In this document: positions 1-9,148 of the stretch, in pieces | How the letters are laid out: every line of letters starts with the position of its first letter | Numbering within the stretch: position 1 is the first letter of the stretch | Source: Candidatus Eiseniibacteriota bacterium | GTDB lineage: Bacteria; Eisenbacteria; RBG-16-71-46; CAVPCR01 | DNA: 64,000 nucleotides | Direction of reading: 5' to 3' | Assembly: GCA_963823555.1 (NCBI GenBank) | Contig: CAWGMA010000001.1 | Span: forward strand, 224,001 to 288,000 | Program-made: the position numbers and the translations under genes | The notes under the pieces: model-generated | What the model saw: only the letters and a program-made list of their open reading frames with translations | Told to the model about the DNA's origin: nothing | Databases searched by the model: none

Positions 1-14
1 AGATCGACCGCTAG
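1..14 (+). CDS. nuoD: 3' end of NADH-quinone oxidoreductase subunit D (partial)
   Basis: (g)ag atc gac cgc tag reads E-I-D-R-stop, the conserved NuoD C-terminus, directly upstream of nuoH. Only four codons are visible. Confidence 0.6.
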
Positions 15-59
15 CCGGGTGGCGAGGAGCGCCGCTGGGGCGCCGAGGAGGGGAGGAGC

Positions 60-1102
60 GTGCAGGACTGGATCAAGAGCCTGATGGGAGGCGAGCCGTC
101 GGTCGCCGTCACGATCATGTTCATGTTCGGGGCTGCTGCTGCAGTGCTCGGTTTCATCGCCGTGCTCGTCATGTTCCTGGCCTGGCTCGAGCGCAAGGTC
201 GCCGGCCACATGCAGTCGCGCCTGGGGCCGATGCAAGTGGGCGGCTGGCATGGGTGGGCGCAGTCCGTCGCGGACGGGATCAAGCTGTTCCTGAAGGAGG
301 ACGTGATCCCGGCCTCCGCCGACCACGTCCTGTTCCGCCTGGCTCCCTACCTGGTGTTCGTGAGCTCGTTCGCCGCGTTCGCCGTCATCCCCTGGGGGGA
401 CGGCTGGTGGCCGCCGACCTGAACATCGGGCTCTTCTACGTGCTCGCCGTCACGTCCTTTGTCGTCGTCGGCATGCTCATGGCCGGCTGGGCCTCGAACA
501 ACAAGTGGTCGCTCTTCGGGGCCATGCGCGGGGTGGCTCAGATCGTGAGCTACGAGCTGCCGGCCGCGCTGACCCTGGTCGGGATCGTGATGTGGGTCGG
601 TAGCCTCAACATGCGGGACATCGTGCAGAGTCAATCCGGGTGGTTCTGGAACTGGCATGTGTTCCGCGGCTTCCCCTTCTTCACGATCGGAATCTTCATC
701 TACTACATCTCGGCGCTGGCCGAGACCAACCGTGTGCCTTTCGACATCCCGGAGGCCGAGTCCGAACTGGTCGCCGGATACCACACCGAGTACTCGGGGA
801 TGCGGTTCGCCATGTTCTATCTCGCCGAGTACGCCAACATGTTTCTCGTGAGCGCGATCGCCGTGGTCGCGTTCCTGGGCGGCTGGTCCATCGGCATCCC
901 CGCGCTGGACTTCATCCCTGGCCCCATCGTCTTCGTGGCCAAGGGGCTCATCCTGGTCTTCGTCATGATGTGGTTGCGCTGGACGTTGCCACGGCTCCGC
1001 GTGGACCAGCTCATGGCCATGTGCTGGAAGTACATGATCCCGATCGCCTTCTTCAACCTGGTCGGCATCGGCGTCCTGATGCTGGTCACGGGTCGGGCGT
1101 GA
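60..1102 (+). CDS. nuoH: NADH-quinone oxidoreductase subunit H (frameshifted near 394-404)
   Basis: ORF 60..422 carries WLERKVAGHMQSRLGP and ADGIKLFLKED. ORF 254..1102 continues LVAADLNIG, SNNKWSLFGAMR, ETNRVPFDIPEAESELVAGYHTEYSG and PRLRVDQLM. One missing base at or near the G6 run (394-399) joins the two frames. Confidence 0.93.
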
Positions 1103-1144
1103 AGGGCCGATGATGCGAACACCGGACAAAGTGCCCCCTAGCGA

Positions 1145-1915
1145 GTGGCCATCATGAACGCACTGGTCTCCTACTTCAGGAACATCTACGAGGGGATCTG
1201 GACGGTCTTCATCGGCATGCGCGTGACGATGAAGTACCTCAAGTCCCCGGCCATCACTCTCCAGTACCCCAAGGAGCGGATGGTGATGTTCGAGCGGTTC
1301 CGGGGCCTGCTCCACAACCGGATCGAGGATTGCATCGGCTGCGGGCAGTGCGTGCGCGCTTGCCCCGTGGACTGCATCACGATGGTCACCCTCAAGGCCG
1401 GCAAGGACGAGGACCTGGGCACGACTCGGGACGGGCAAGCGAAGAAGCTGCACGTCTACCAGTTCGATATCGACACCTTGAAGTGCATGTGGTGCAACTT
1501 CTGTACCGAGGTCTGTCCCACCGAGTGCCTGCTCATGACCGGGCAGTACGAGGTTTCGAGCTACCAGCGAGACGGCTGGATGCTGCGCTTCGCCATCGAG
1601 GAGCCGCCGCCCGGCTTCGACATGGAGGAGGCTCGTTTGAAGCAGAATCGCATCACGAACCCGGTGTCCTATGCGGGCGAGGCGGATCCCGATAGTCTCG
1701 TCATCCCCGTGGGTTCGGTGCGACCGCTATCGGGTGCGGCCGAGTTCGACTGGCGAAATCATCGCGCGGCGGAAGCGACCAAGTCGGCGAAGCCGCACGG
1801 TGCGGCGGCCAAGCCCGCTGCCGCCAAGCCCGCGGCCGCCGCTCCGGCCGAGGCCAAGGCGGCACCGGTGACGGAGACCACGGACGCCAAGGCGCCGCCG
1901 CCGGCGGAGACCTAG
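1145..1915 (+). CDS. nuoI: NADH-quinone oxidoreductase subunit I with Ala/Lys/Pro-rich tail
   Basis: TLQYP, two 4Fe-4S motifs (CIGCGQCVRACP and CMWCNFCTEVCP), and operon position. Confidence 0.93.
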   Translation: MAIMNALVSYFRNIYEGIWTVFIGMRVTMKYLKSPAITLQYPKERMVMFERFRGLLHNRIEDCIGCGQCVRACPVDCITMVTLKAGKDEDLGTTRDGQAKKLHVYQFDIDTLKCMWCNFCTEVCPTECLLMTGQYEVSSYQRDGWMLRFAIEEPPPGFDMEEARLKQNRITNPVSYAGEADPDSLVIPVGSVRPLSGAAEFDWRNHRAAEATKSAKPHGAAAKPAAAKPAAAAPAEAKAAPVTETTDAKAPPPAET

Positions 1916-1979
1916 GGACTCAAGAGGCGGAGTGTGCTGGTCCGGTCGGCGGCCGGAGCAGCCCTCCGAGGGGGGGAGT

Positions 1980-2489
1980 GTGGACGCGGACTTCTTCTAT
2001 CGAGCCATCTTCGTCGTCATGGTCGCGGTGACTCTCGGCTCGGCGCTCATCGTCGTCACAGCGCGCAATCTCGTCCGCTCCGCCTTTGCGCTCCTGTTCA
2101 CCCTCGGCGGCGTGGCCGGGCTCTACGTCTACCTGGCCGCCGACTTCCTGGCCGCAACGCAGATCATCGTCTACGTGGGCGGCATCCTGGTCCTGATCCT
2201 CTTCGGAGTGATGCTGACGAGCAAGATCGCCTCCGTCGAGCTCTACCAGGGCAGCGCGCGCGTGGGACGATCGGTGCTGCTCTTTGGCGGCCTCCTGTTC
2301 ATTCTCTTCTCGGTCATCTTCAACACCGAGTGGCGGCTCCGCGGGCAGCCGGAGATGGAGCCCACGACTCGCGAGATAGGCCGCCTGTTCATGACCGATT
2401 TCCTGCTTCCATTCGAGGTCGTCTCGATCCTCCTCTTGGCTGCGCTCATCGGTGCTGTTCTCATCGCCCGCCGGGAGGTGCGCAAGTGA
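1980..2489 (+). CDS. nuoJ: NADH-quinone oxidoreductase subunit J
   Basis: AADFLAATQIIVYVGGILVLILFGVML and LLPFEVVSILLLAALIGAV. GTG start chosen after a G-rich RBS. Confidence 0.93.
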   Translation: MDADFFYRAIFVVMVAVTLGSALIVVTARNLVRSAFALLFTLGGVAGLYVYLAADFLAATQIIVYVGGILVLILFGVMLTSKIASVELYQGSARVGRSVLLFGGLLFILFSVIFNTEWRLRGQPEMEPTTREIGRLFMTDFLLPFEVVSILLLAALIGAVLIARREVRK

Positions 2490-2806
2490 ACCTCTTCGAT
2501 CCGACGAGTCTCACCGCATACCTGACCATCTCGGCGGTGCTGTTTTGTCTCGGCACCTATGCCATCGTCAGCCGCCGCAATGCCGTCTCCGTGCTCATGG
2601 GCATCGAGCTGGTGCTCAATGCCGCCAACGTGAACTTTGTCGCCTTCTCGCGCTTCTCGGCCGACGATCTGCGCGGGCAGCTGTTCGCCATCTTCGTCAT
2701 CATTCTGGCCGCCGCCGAGGCGGCGGTCGCGCTCGCGATCATCCTCGCGATCTACCACAACTTCCAGACGATCGATGTCAATGAGATCGACTCCTTGCGG
2801 GACTAG
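2486..2806 (+). CDS. nuoK: NADH-quinone oxidoreductase subunit K
   Basis: 3' part of ORF 1934..2806: RRNAVSVLMGIELVLNAANVN and AAAEAAVALAI. GTGA overlap with the nuoJ stop. Confidence 0.93.
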   Translation: MNLFDPTSLTAYLTISAVLFCLGTYAIVSRRNAVSVLMGIELVLNAANVNFVAFSRFSADDLRGQLFAIFVIILAAAEAAVALAIILAIYHNFQTIDVNEIDSLRD

Positions 2807-2821
2807 AAGGGAGGGGGGACG

Positions 2822-4924
2822 GTGCTGCGCGATCTCGGCCTGATCCTACTGCTGCCGCTCGCCGCCTTCGTGATCCAGCTGGCGGTCGGACGCCGCCTGC
2901 CGCGCCACGGCGACTTCATCTCGATCGGCGCCATCTTCGTCGGGCTCTTCCTTGCGGTCCGACTCTTCGCCACGACCATCCTCGGCGACGGTGGCACGCT
3001 CCTGCCCTTTGCCTGGGACGTGGAGTACATCCGCCTCGGCGCCTTCGTGATCCGGATGGGGATGTGGGTCGATCAGCTCACCGTTTGCATGCTCGTCGTG
3101 GTCACCCTGGTGAGCTCCATGGTGCATCTCTATTCGGCTGGCTATATGCACGGCGATCCCCGTTATACGCGCTACTTCGCTTATCTTTCGCTGTTCTCGT
3201 TCTCGATGCTGGGGTTGGTGCTAGCCAACAGCCTGATCGCGCTCTATGTCTTCTGGGAACTCGTCGGTCTCACCTCATACCTCTTGATCGGGTTCTGGTT
3301 CGAGAAGCACTCGGCCTCGGATGCCGGCAAGAAGGCATTCTTGACCACGCGCATCGGTGATGTCGGCATGTTCATCGGCATCATGATCGTGGGCTGGAAG
3401 ATCGGGGATTTCAGCTATCAGGGGGTCTTCACCGGAATCGCCAACGGCGAGATTGCCGGCCCCCTCTTGACCCTGTGCGGCGTGGCCCTGTTCATGGGGG
3501 CGGTGGGCAAGTCGGCGCAGGTACCGCTCCATGTCTGGTTGCCCGACGCCATGGAGGGTCCGACCCCGGTCTCGGCCTTGATCCATGCCGCGACGATGGT
3601 GGCGGCCGGCGTCTACATGGTAGGCCGGCTGTATCCGGTGTTCGATGTTGGGGCCCTGTGGGTGATCGCGGTCATCGGGGCCGTCACCGCCATCATCGCG
3701 GCGACCATCGCCATCACGGCCACCGACATCAAGAAGGTGCTCGCCTATTCCACGATCAGCCAGCTCGGCTACATGATGACCGGACTCGGGGTCGGCGCCT
3801 TCGCCGCCGGACTCTATCACCTGTGGACGCACGCCTTCTTCAAGGCCTTGCTCTTCCTCGGCGCAGGAAGCGTGATCCACGCCGTGCATAGCCAGGAATT
3901 ACCAGAGATGGGCGGACTCAAGAAGAAGATGCCCATCACGTTCATCACCATGCTCATCGCCACCCTGGCCATCTCCGGCGTGCCGGGCTTCTCCGGCTTC
4001 TTCTCCAAGGACGCGATCCTCGCCGGGAGCCTTGCCTTCGGGCTGGCCTACGGCGGCATTCGTTACCTGCCTTTCCTCCTTTTGCTGGTCGCCGCCGGCA
4101 TCACCGCCTTCTACATGTTCCGGCTTATCTTTCTCACATTCACCGGCAAGCCCCGCGACCGCCACAAGTTCGAGCACGCGCATGAATCGCCGCCCGTGAT
4201 GACGGTACCGCTCATCGTGCTGGCGCTGATGAGCGTGTTCTCGGTCGGGATTCCGTTCGTCACGGATCACTGGTTCGCGGGTCAGGTCCAGATGCCGGTG
4301 CTCGCGGATTATGTCGCCGGGGAGGTTGCCGTCGCCGGTGAGCACGGGGCTGTGAGCGAGCACGAAGCAGCCGGAGGGCACGGTGTCGCCGCCGAGCATG
4401 GGACGGCAGGCGGGCACGGCGGCGGGCGCCACGGGGTCCTGGCCGTCACGGCGGAGCAGGAACACGCGGCCCATTACCCGGCGATGGCTGCCTCGATTCT
4501 CATCGCCGGCCTCGGCATCCTGCTTTCCTATCTCACCTACAGCCGCGGCGTGATCTCGGCCGCGGCGTGGGCGGACCGCTTGCGTCCGCTCTACGTGTTG
4601 TTCAAGAACAAGTGGTTCTTCGATGAGATCTACCAGGTCTTGATCGTACGTACGGTGCTCCTGATCGCGGCCCTGGCGCGTCTCTTCGATATCTACGTGA
4701 TCGACGCCATGGTCAACGGCGCCGGCAAGCTCTGCGCGCGGCTCGCCTGGTTCATCGGCGGGGTCGACCTCTTCGGTGTCGACGGCCTGGTCAACGGACT
4801 GGCGCAGTCAGTGATCGGCTTCGGTCGCGCCGCGCGTCACGTGCAGACCGGGCGGCTGCAGAACTACGTGTACGGATTCATGGGGATCCTTCTCCTCATC
4901 GTCTTGGCGAAGATGTTCTTGTAG
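2822..4924 (+). CDS. nuoL: NADH-quinone oxidoreductase subunit L
   Basis: FWELVGLTSYLLIGFW, GKSAQVPLHVWLPDAMEGPTPVSALIHAATMV and DIKKVLAYSTISQLG, with a His/Gly-rich loop. Confidence 0.96.
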   Translation: MLRDLGLILLLPLAAFVIQLAVGRRLPRHGDFISIGAIFVGLFLAVRLFATTILGDGGTLLPFAWDVEYIRLGAFVIRMGMWVDQLTVCMLVVVTLVSSMVHLYSAGYMHGDPRYTRYFAYLSLFSFSMLGLVLANSLIALYVFWELVGLTSYLLIGFWFEKHSASDAGKKAFLTTRIGDVGMFIGIMIVGWKIGDFSYQGVFTGIANGEIAGPLLTLCGVALFMGAVGKSAQVPLHVWLPDAMEGPTPVSALIHAATMVAAGVYMVGRLYPVFDVGALWVIAVIGAVTAIIAATIAITATDIKKVLAYSTISQLGYMMTGLGVGAFAAGLYHLWTHAFFKALLFLGAGSVIHAVHSQELPEMGGLKKKMPITFITMLIATLAISGVPGFSGFFSKDAILAGSLAFGLAYGGIRYLPFLLLLVAAGITAFYMFRLIFLTFTGKPRDRHKFEHAHESPPVMTVPLIVLALMSVFSVGIPFVTDHWFAGQVQMPVLADYVAGEVAVAGEHGAVSEHEAAGGHGVAAEHGTAGGHGGGRHGVLAVTAEQEHAAHYPAMAASILIAGLGILLSYLTYSRGVISAAAWADRLRPLYVLFKNKWFFDEIYQVLIVRTVLLIAALARLFDIYVIDAMVNGAGKLCARLAWFIGGVDLFGVDGLVNGLAQSVIGFGRAARHVQTGRLQNYVYGFMGILLLIVLAKMFL

Positions 4925-4987
4925 ACGGCTGGTGGCGGAGGTCCGACCGGGCGGTGGCGCGGTCGGGCCAGGGAGGACATTCGAGGT

Positions 4988-6457
4988 ATGCCAGGCATGG
5001 ACTCGCACCTGCTCACACTCATCACCTTCATTCCCCTCCTGGGGACGGCGGTCGTTCTCCTGCTCCGGGGCAATACCCTGATCAAGGTCACGTCCGCCAT
5101 CTTCGCCGGGATTCCGCTCGCCCTCTCCATCCGGCTCCTCCGTCTCTACAACCCGGGAACGGCGGAATTCCAGTTCATCGAGCGCGGAGCGTGGATCCCT
5201 TCGTTCTCGATCGAATACTTCATGGGGGTGGACGGGCTCGGCGTCACCATGGTGCTCCTGACGAGCCTTCTCTCCTTCATCTGCATCTTCGCCTCATGGG
5301 GGATCAATCGGGGAGTCAAAGGCTACTTCTCACTCTTCCTGCTCCTGCAGACCGGCATGACCGGGGTCTTCTGTGCGCTCGATTTCATCCTCTTCTATGT
5401 CTTCTGGGAGGTGATGCTCCTCCCCATGTACTTCCTGATCGGGGTCTGGGGTGGACCGCGGCGCGAGTATGCCGCGATCAAGTTCTTCCTCTACACGCTC
5501 TTTGGCTCGGTGTTCATGCTGCTGGCCATTCTCGCCCTCTACTTCACCTCCGAGCCGCACACCTTCAGCATGATGCAGTTGTTCGGAGCCGATCGTACGT
5601 TCGGGTATCTCTTCCGGACCCTGGTCTGGCTCGGCTTCTTTGTCGCCTTTGCCATCAAGGTGCCCATCTTCCCGTTCCACACCTGGCTTCCCGATGCGCA
5701 CGTCGAGGCGCCGACGGCCATCTCGGTGATCCTGGCCGGCGTGCTGCTCAAGATGGGGGTCTACGGCATCTTCCGCGTCAACTTCGCCATCCTGCCACAG
5801 GCCACCACCGACGCCGCCTACTGGATGGCCGTTCTCGGCATGATCAACATCATCTACGGGGCGTTCTGCGCCATGGCGCAGAAGGATCTGAAAAAGCTCG
5901 TCGCCTACTCCTCGGTCAGCCACATGGGGTTCTGCCTCCTGGGTATGGCGAGCTTCACCCCCCAGGGCGTCAACGGCGCGGTGATGCAGATGTTCAACCA
6001 CGGCATCATCACCGGAATGCTCTTCCTCCTGGTGGGGGTGATCTACGATCGAGCGCATCATCGCGAGATCGAGGGGTTCGGGGGCCTCATGGTGCGGATG
6101 CCCATCTACGCCGGCATTACTTCCCTGGCGTTCTTCGCCTCGCTCGGGTTGCCCGGACTCGCCGGATTCTGGGGGGAGGCCCTGGTCTTCCTCGGCGCCT
6201 TCAATGTCTACAAGATCATCACGATCGCCTCGACGCTGGGCATCGTGCTCGGCGCGGCCTACCTGTTGTGGACGCTGCAGCGCATGTTCCTGGGACCGCT
6301 GAACGAGAAATACAAGGACTTGCCGGAGATCAATGGCCGGGAGCTCTTCACGCTGGTGCCGCTGGGAGCGATCACGGTGGTGATCGGCATCTGGCCGACC
6401 TGGTTGATCGAGCTCTTCCGGGTGACGATGGCCGGGATCACGAGCTACTTGCCGTAG
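4988..6457 (+). CDS. nuoM: NADH-quinone oxidoreductase subunit M
   Basis: FYVFWEVMLLPMYFLIGVWG, AIKVPIFPFHTWLPDAHVEAPT and LKKLVAYSSVSHMG. Confidence 0.96.
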   Translation: MPGMDSHLLTLITFIPLLGTAVVLLLRGNTLIKVTSAIFAGIPLALSIRLLRLYNPGTAEFQFIERGAWIPSFSIEYFMGVDGLGVTMVLLTSLLSFICIFASWGINRGVKGYFSLFLLLQTGMTGVFCALDFILFYVFWEVMLLPMYFLIGVWGGPRREYAAIKFFLYTLFGSVFMLLAILALYFTSEPHTFSMMQLFGADRTFGYLFRTLVWLGFFVAFAIKVPIFPFHTWLPDAHVEAPTAISVILAGVLLKMGVYGIFRVNFAILPQATTDAAYWMAVLGMINIIYGAFCAMAQKDLKKLVAYSSVSHMGFCLLGMASFTPQGVNGAVMQMFNHGIITGMLFLLVGVIYDRAHHREIEGFGGLMVRMPIYAGITSLAFFASLGLPGLAGFWGEALVFLGAFNVYKIITIASTLGIVLGAAYLLWTLQRMFLGPLNEKYKDLPEINGRELFTLVPLGAITVVIGIWPTWLIELFRVTMAGITSYLP

Positions 6458-6547
6458 CTCTCTGAAGAAGCCGCGGGGACGCGCCGGCAGAGTGCCGGCG
6501 ACGCCCGGGCGGCGGGGCGGTGGACTCCTCAAGACAGTGAGCTGACC

Positions 6548-8029
6548 ATGCAGTCGATCAGCAACATCGAGAGCCTGCGCTACTTCATGCCGGAGCTGGT
6601 GCTGACCGGAGCACTGCTCCTGGTCGTCGTCGCCGATCTCATCGCGCGCGGGCGAGGCAAGGTCCTGACCGCGATCTTGACCCTGGGATCCCTGGGCGTT
6701 GCGACCGGATATGCGCTCGATCTCTACAGTGCTGGCAGCGCGCTCCTCTTCACCGATATGATCGCCATCGATCCGCTGGCGGTCTATTTCAAGCTCATCT
6801 TCTACGTATCCACCGCCCTGGTCCTTCTATTCGCCTATTTCTCTCCCGATATGCGCCAGGCCGAGATGGGAGAGTTTGCGTCCCTTCTCCTCGCAGTGAC
6901 CATCGGCCTCTCGCTCATGGCTTCGGCCGTGGACATGCTGATGATGGCCATCGCGCTCGAGCTCGTGAGCGTGCCCTGCTTCATCATGGCCGGCTTCCTG
7001 AAACGGAACCGGCGCTCGAGCGAGGCGGCGCTCAAGTACGTGATCTACGGCGCCGCCTCCACCGGCGTGATGATCTACGGAATGTCCATCCTGTTCGGGC
7101 TCACCGGGGCGACGAACATCTTCCGGGTGGCCGAGGGGCTGCAAGCGCAGCCGGTGTATCCACTGGCCACTCTGGTGGCGATCGGATTCATCCTCGCCGG
7201 ACTCGGGTACAAGATATCGAGCGTGCCCTTCCATTTCTGGACGCCCGATGTTTACGAAGGGGCTCCGACCCCGGTGACGGCTTTCCTGTCCGTGGGCCCC
7301 AAGGCCGCCGGCTTCGCCATGATGGTGCGCTTCTTCTACTCCGGCCTGTCCCGGATGTCTGCCGGTGGTAAGTGGGTGCCGGTGGCCGGGCTCGACTGGC
7401 CGGCGCTCCTTGCGGCGCTGGCGGCGGCCACCATGACCTTCGGTAACCTGGCTGCCATTCCTCAGAACAACCTGAAGCGCCTCTTGGCGTACTCGACCAT
7501 CGCGCACGCCGGATACATGTTGATGGGGTTCGTGGTCCTCTCCAATCAGGGCGTGCTTGCCGTCATGTTCTATCTGGGCGTCTACCTGCTCATGAACCTG
7601 GGCGCCTTCCTCGTCGTGATCACCGTGGCCAAGCTCGCCCGGGGGGAGGAGATCGCCCACTACCGCGGGCTCGTCTGGCGCTCCCCATTCCTGGCGGTAG
7701 CGATGGGCATCTTCCTGTTCTCGCTCATCGGGTTGCCGCCGAGCGCGGGCTTCATTGGCAAGCTCTACCTCTTCGCTGCGGTCATCAGCGAGAAGTACTA
7801 CTGGCTGGCGGTGGTCGGCGTCCTCAACTCCGTGGTCTCGCTCTACTACTACGCCCGTGTCCTCAAGGCCATATTCCTCGAGGGGGCGGAAGACGCCCGC
7901 GCGTTGCCGGTCCCCGTCCCGGCGCTCGCTCTCCTCATCGTGCTGGCCGTTCCCACCGTCGCCCTGGGCGTGTGGTGGACCCCGCTCTGGAACCTCGCCT
8001 CGCGCTCGCTGGGGTTCATCGCCCCCTGA
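6548..8029 (+). CDS. nuoN: NADH-quinone oxidoreductase subunit N
   Basis: SSEAALKY, YKISSVPFHFWTPDVYEGAPTP and KRLLAYSTIAHAG. Confidence 0.96.
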   Translation: MQSISNIESLRYFMPELVLTGALLLVVVADLIARGRGKVLTAILTLGSLGVATGYALDLYSAGSALLFTDMIAIDPLAVYFKLIFYVSTALVLLFAYFSPDMRQAEMGEFASLLLAVTIGLSLMASAVDMLMMAIALELVSVPCFIMAGFLKRNRRSSEAALKYVIYGAASTGVMIYGMSILFGLTGATNIFRVAEGLQAQPVYPLATLVAIGFILAGLGYKISSVPFHFWTPDVYEGAPTPVTAFLSVGPKAAGFAMMVRFFYSGLSRMSAGGKWVPVAGLDWPALLAALAAATMTFGNLAAIPQNNLKRLLAYSTIAHAGYMLMGFVVLSNQGVLAVMFYLGVYLLMNLGAFLVVITVAKLARGEEIAHYRGLVWRSPFLAVAMGIFLFSLIGLPPSAGFIGKLYLFAAVISEKYYWLAVVGVLNSVVSLYYYARVLKAIFLEGAEDARALPVPVPALALLIVLAVPTVALGVWWTPLWNLASRSLGFIAP

Positions 8030-8209
8030 GGACGAGTCACTCCCCGCCACCAGCTGAGCGCCGGCCCCCGCTGGGGGGCGCGCGCGTCCGGTCCGGACTC
8101 CACTCACCGCTCCCCTGGTCGTCGACCCGCCGGCCGGGAAGAGGCGGTGGGAAACCTCGCTCCCGGATCGGGTGTCTAAAGGGAGACCCGCCCTCCAGAA
8201 AGGGGTCCC

Positions 8210-8926
8210 GTGCATCTCACGAATCCGCTGTCCCGAGCGGCCATCTCGATGGGCATGATCGCCCTCGGCCGCGGCCGGGGAGCCACACCTCGCCCGATCT
8301 GGATCCTGGCCCCGGCCTTGGTCCTGGCCTTGGTGGCCCCGTTCCCTCGCGCCCGGGCGCAAGGACAATGGATGGATATCGGGTCCGGGCAGAGCTACAC
8401 GATCTCCGTCGAGAACGAGCCTCAGAGCCTGCAACGCTTTGCCCCCTTTGCCTTTGGTGGGTTCGGCCCGGGCAACTACGTCTACTCTGAACTCCTTCCC
8501 TGGCCCTGCAGCGAGCTGCCGGCGCCGACCTTCTGCGGCGGCTCGACGTTTGTTCGGGCCTTCCATGCCTATCTCGACACAGGTACCTGCCCCTGCACCG
8601 GGGTGCTGTTCGAGCCCGTCGAACTCGAGCTTCGCTACGATGCGGCTCGCGTGGCGGCCATGGGCGCCCGGGAGGAGGATCTGAAGCTGGCCATGTATGA
8701 TGTGGATGCGCTCGGTTGGGTCGATCTGCCCAGTCAGCAGGTACTCCCGGACCGCGATTTGATCCTCGGCAGTCAGTCCGGGCACGGCCGTCAGTACTAC
8801 GCCATCCTGGTCCGACCGCCGGAGACGTCCACCTGGGGCCGCATCAAGGCCCAGTGGGCCGGGTCCCGCCGGACCACGGGCGGAGGGGAACCGATTTCCG
8901 GGAAAGAACTTGGGGACGCAAACTAA
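8210..8926 (+). CDS. Hypothetical secreted protein with C-terminal TWGRIKA motif
   Basis: Signal-like segment ending ARA-Q, four Cys, and ETSTWGRIKAQW near the C-terminus. Start uncertain. Confidence 0.65.
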   Translation: MHLTNPLSRAAISMGMIALGRGRGATPRPIWILAPALVLALVAPFPRARAQGQWMDIGSGQSYTISVENEPQSLQRFAPFAFGGFGPGNYVYSELLPWPCSELPAPTFCGGSTFVRAFHAYLDTGTCPCTGVLFEPVELELRYDAARVAAMGAREEDLKLAMYDVDALGWVDLPSQQVLPDRDLILGSQSGHGRQYYAILVRPPETSTWGRIKAQWAGSRRTTGGGEPISGKELGDAN

Positions 8927-9148
8927 GAAGGATCGATCCGTGTTCTACCGATTGAAGGTAAAGGCCGGCCTGGCGCCCGGGGGCGGTCCACGGCTTGTCG
9001 TCTTCAGTTCACTGACTCGCCGGGCCGGGATCGCCGTCCATGCGAAAAATGAGGTCTGGTAGACTGGGGTTGAGTCGGCTGCGGTTTGGTGGGCCACGCA
9101 CGGTGCCCGGCCTGGGGCCCGCCTGGCATCGCCCTGGAATCTCTAGCA

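Noticed and set aside
4320..4475. His/Gly-rich repeats in NuoL as a novel metal-binding domain
   Set aside because: His-rich loops at this position are common in NuoL.
8150..8180. ECF-sigma promoter (ggaaac...gtctaa)
   Set aside because: Plausible, but too short and degenerate to support without TSS data.
8880..8960. c-di-GMP-I riboswitch (GAAA...GGGACGCAAA)
   Set aside because: The GGCAAAC element and a pairable P2 stem are missing, and the site overlaps a coding 3' end.
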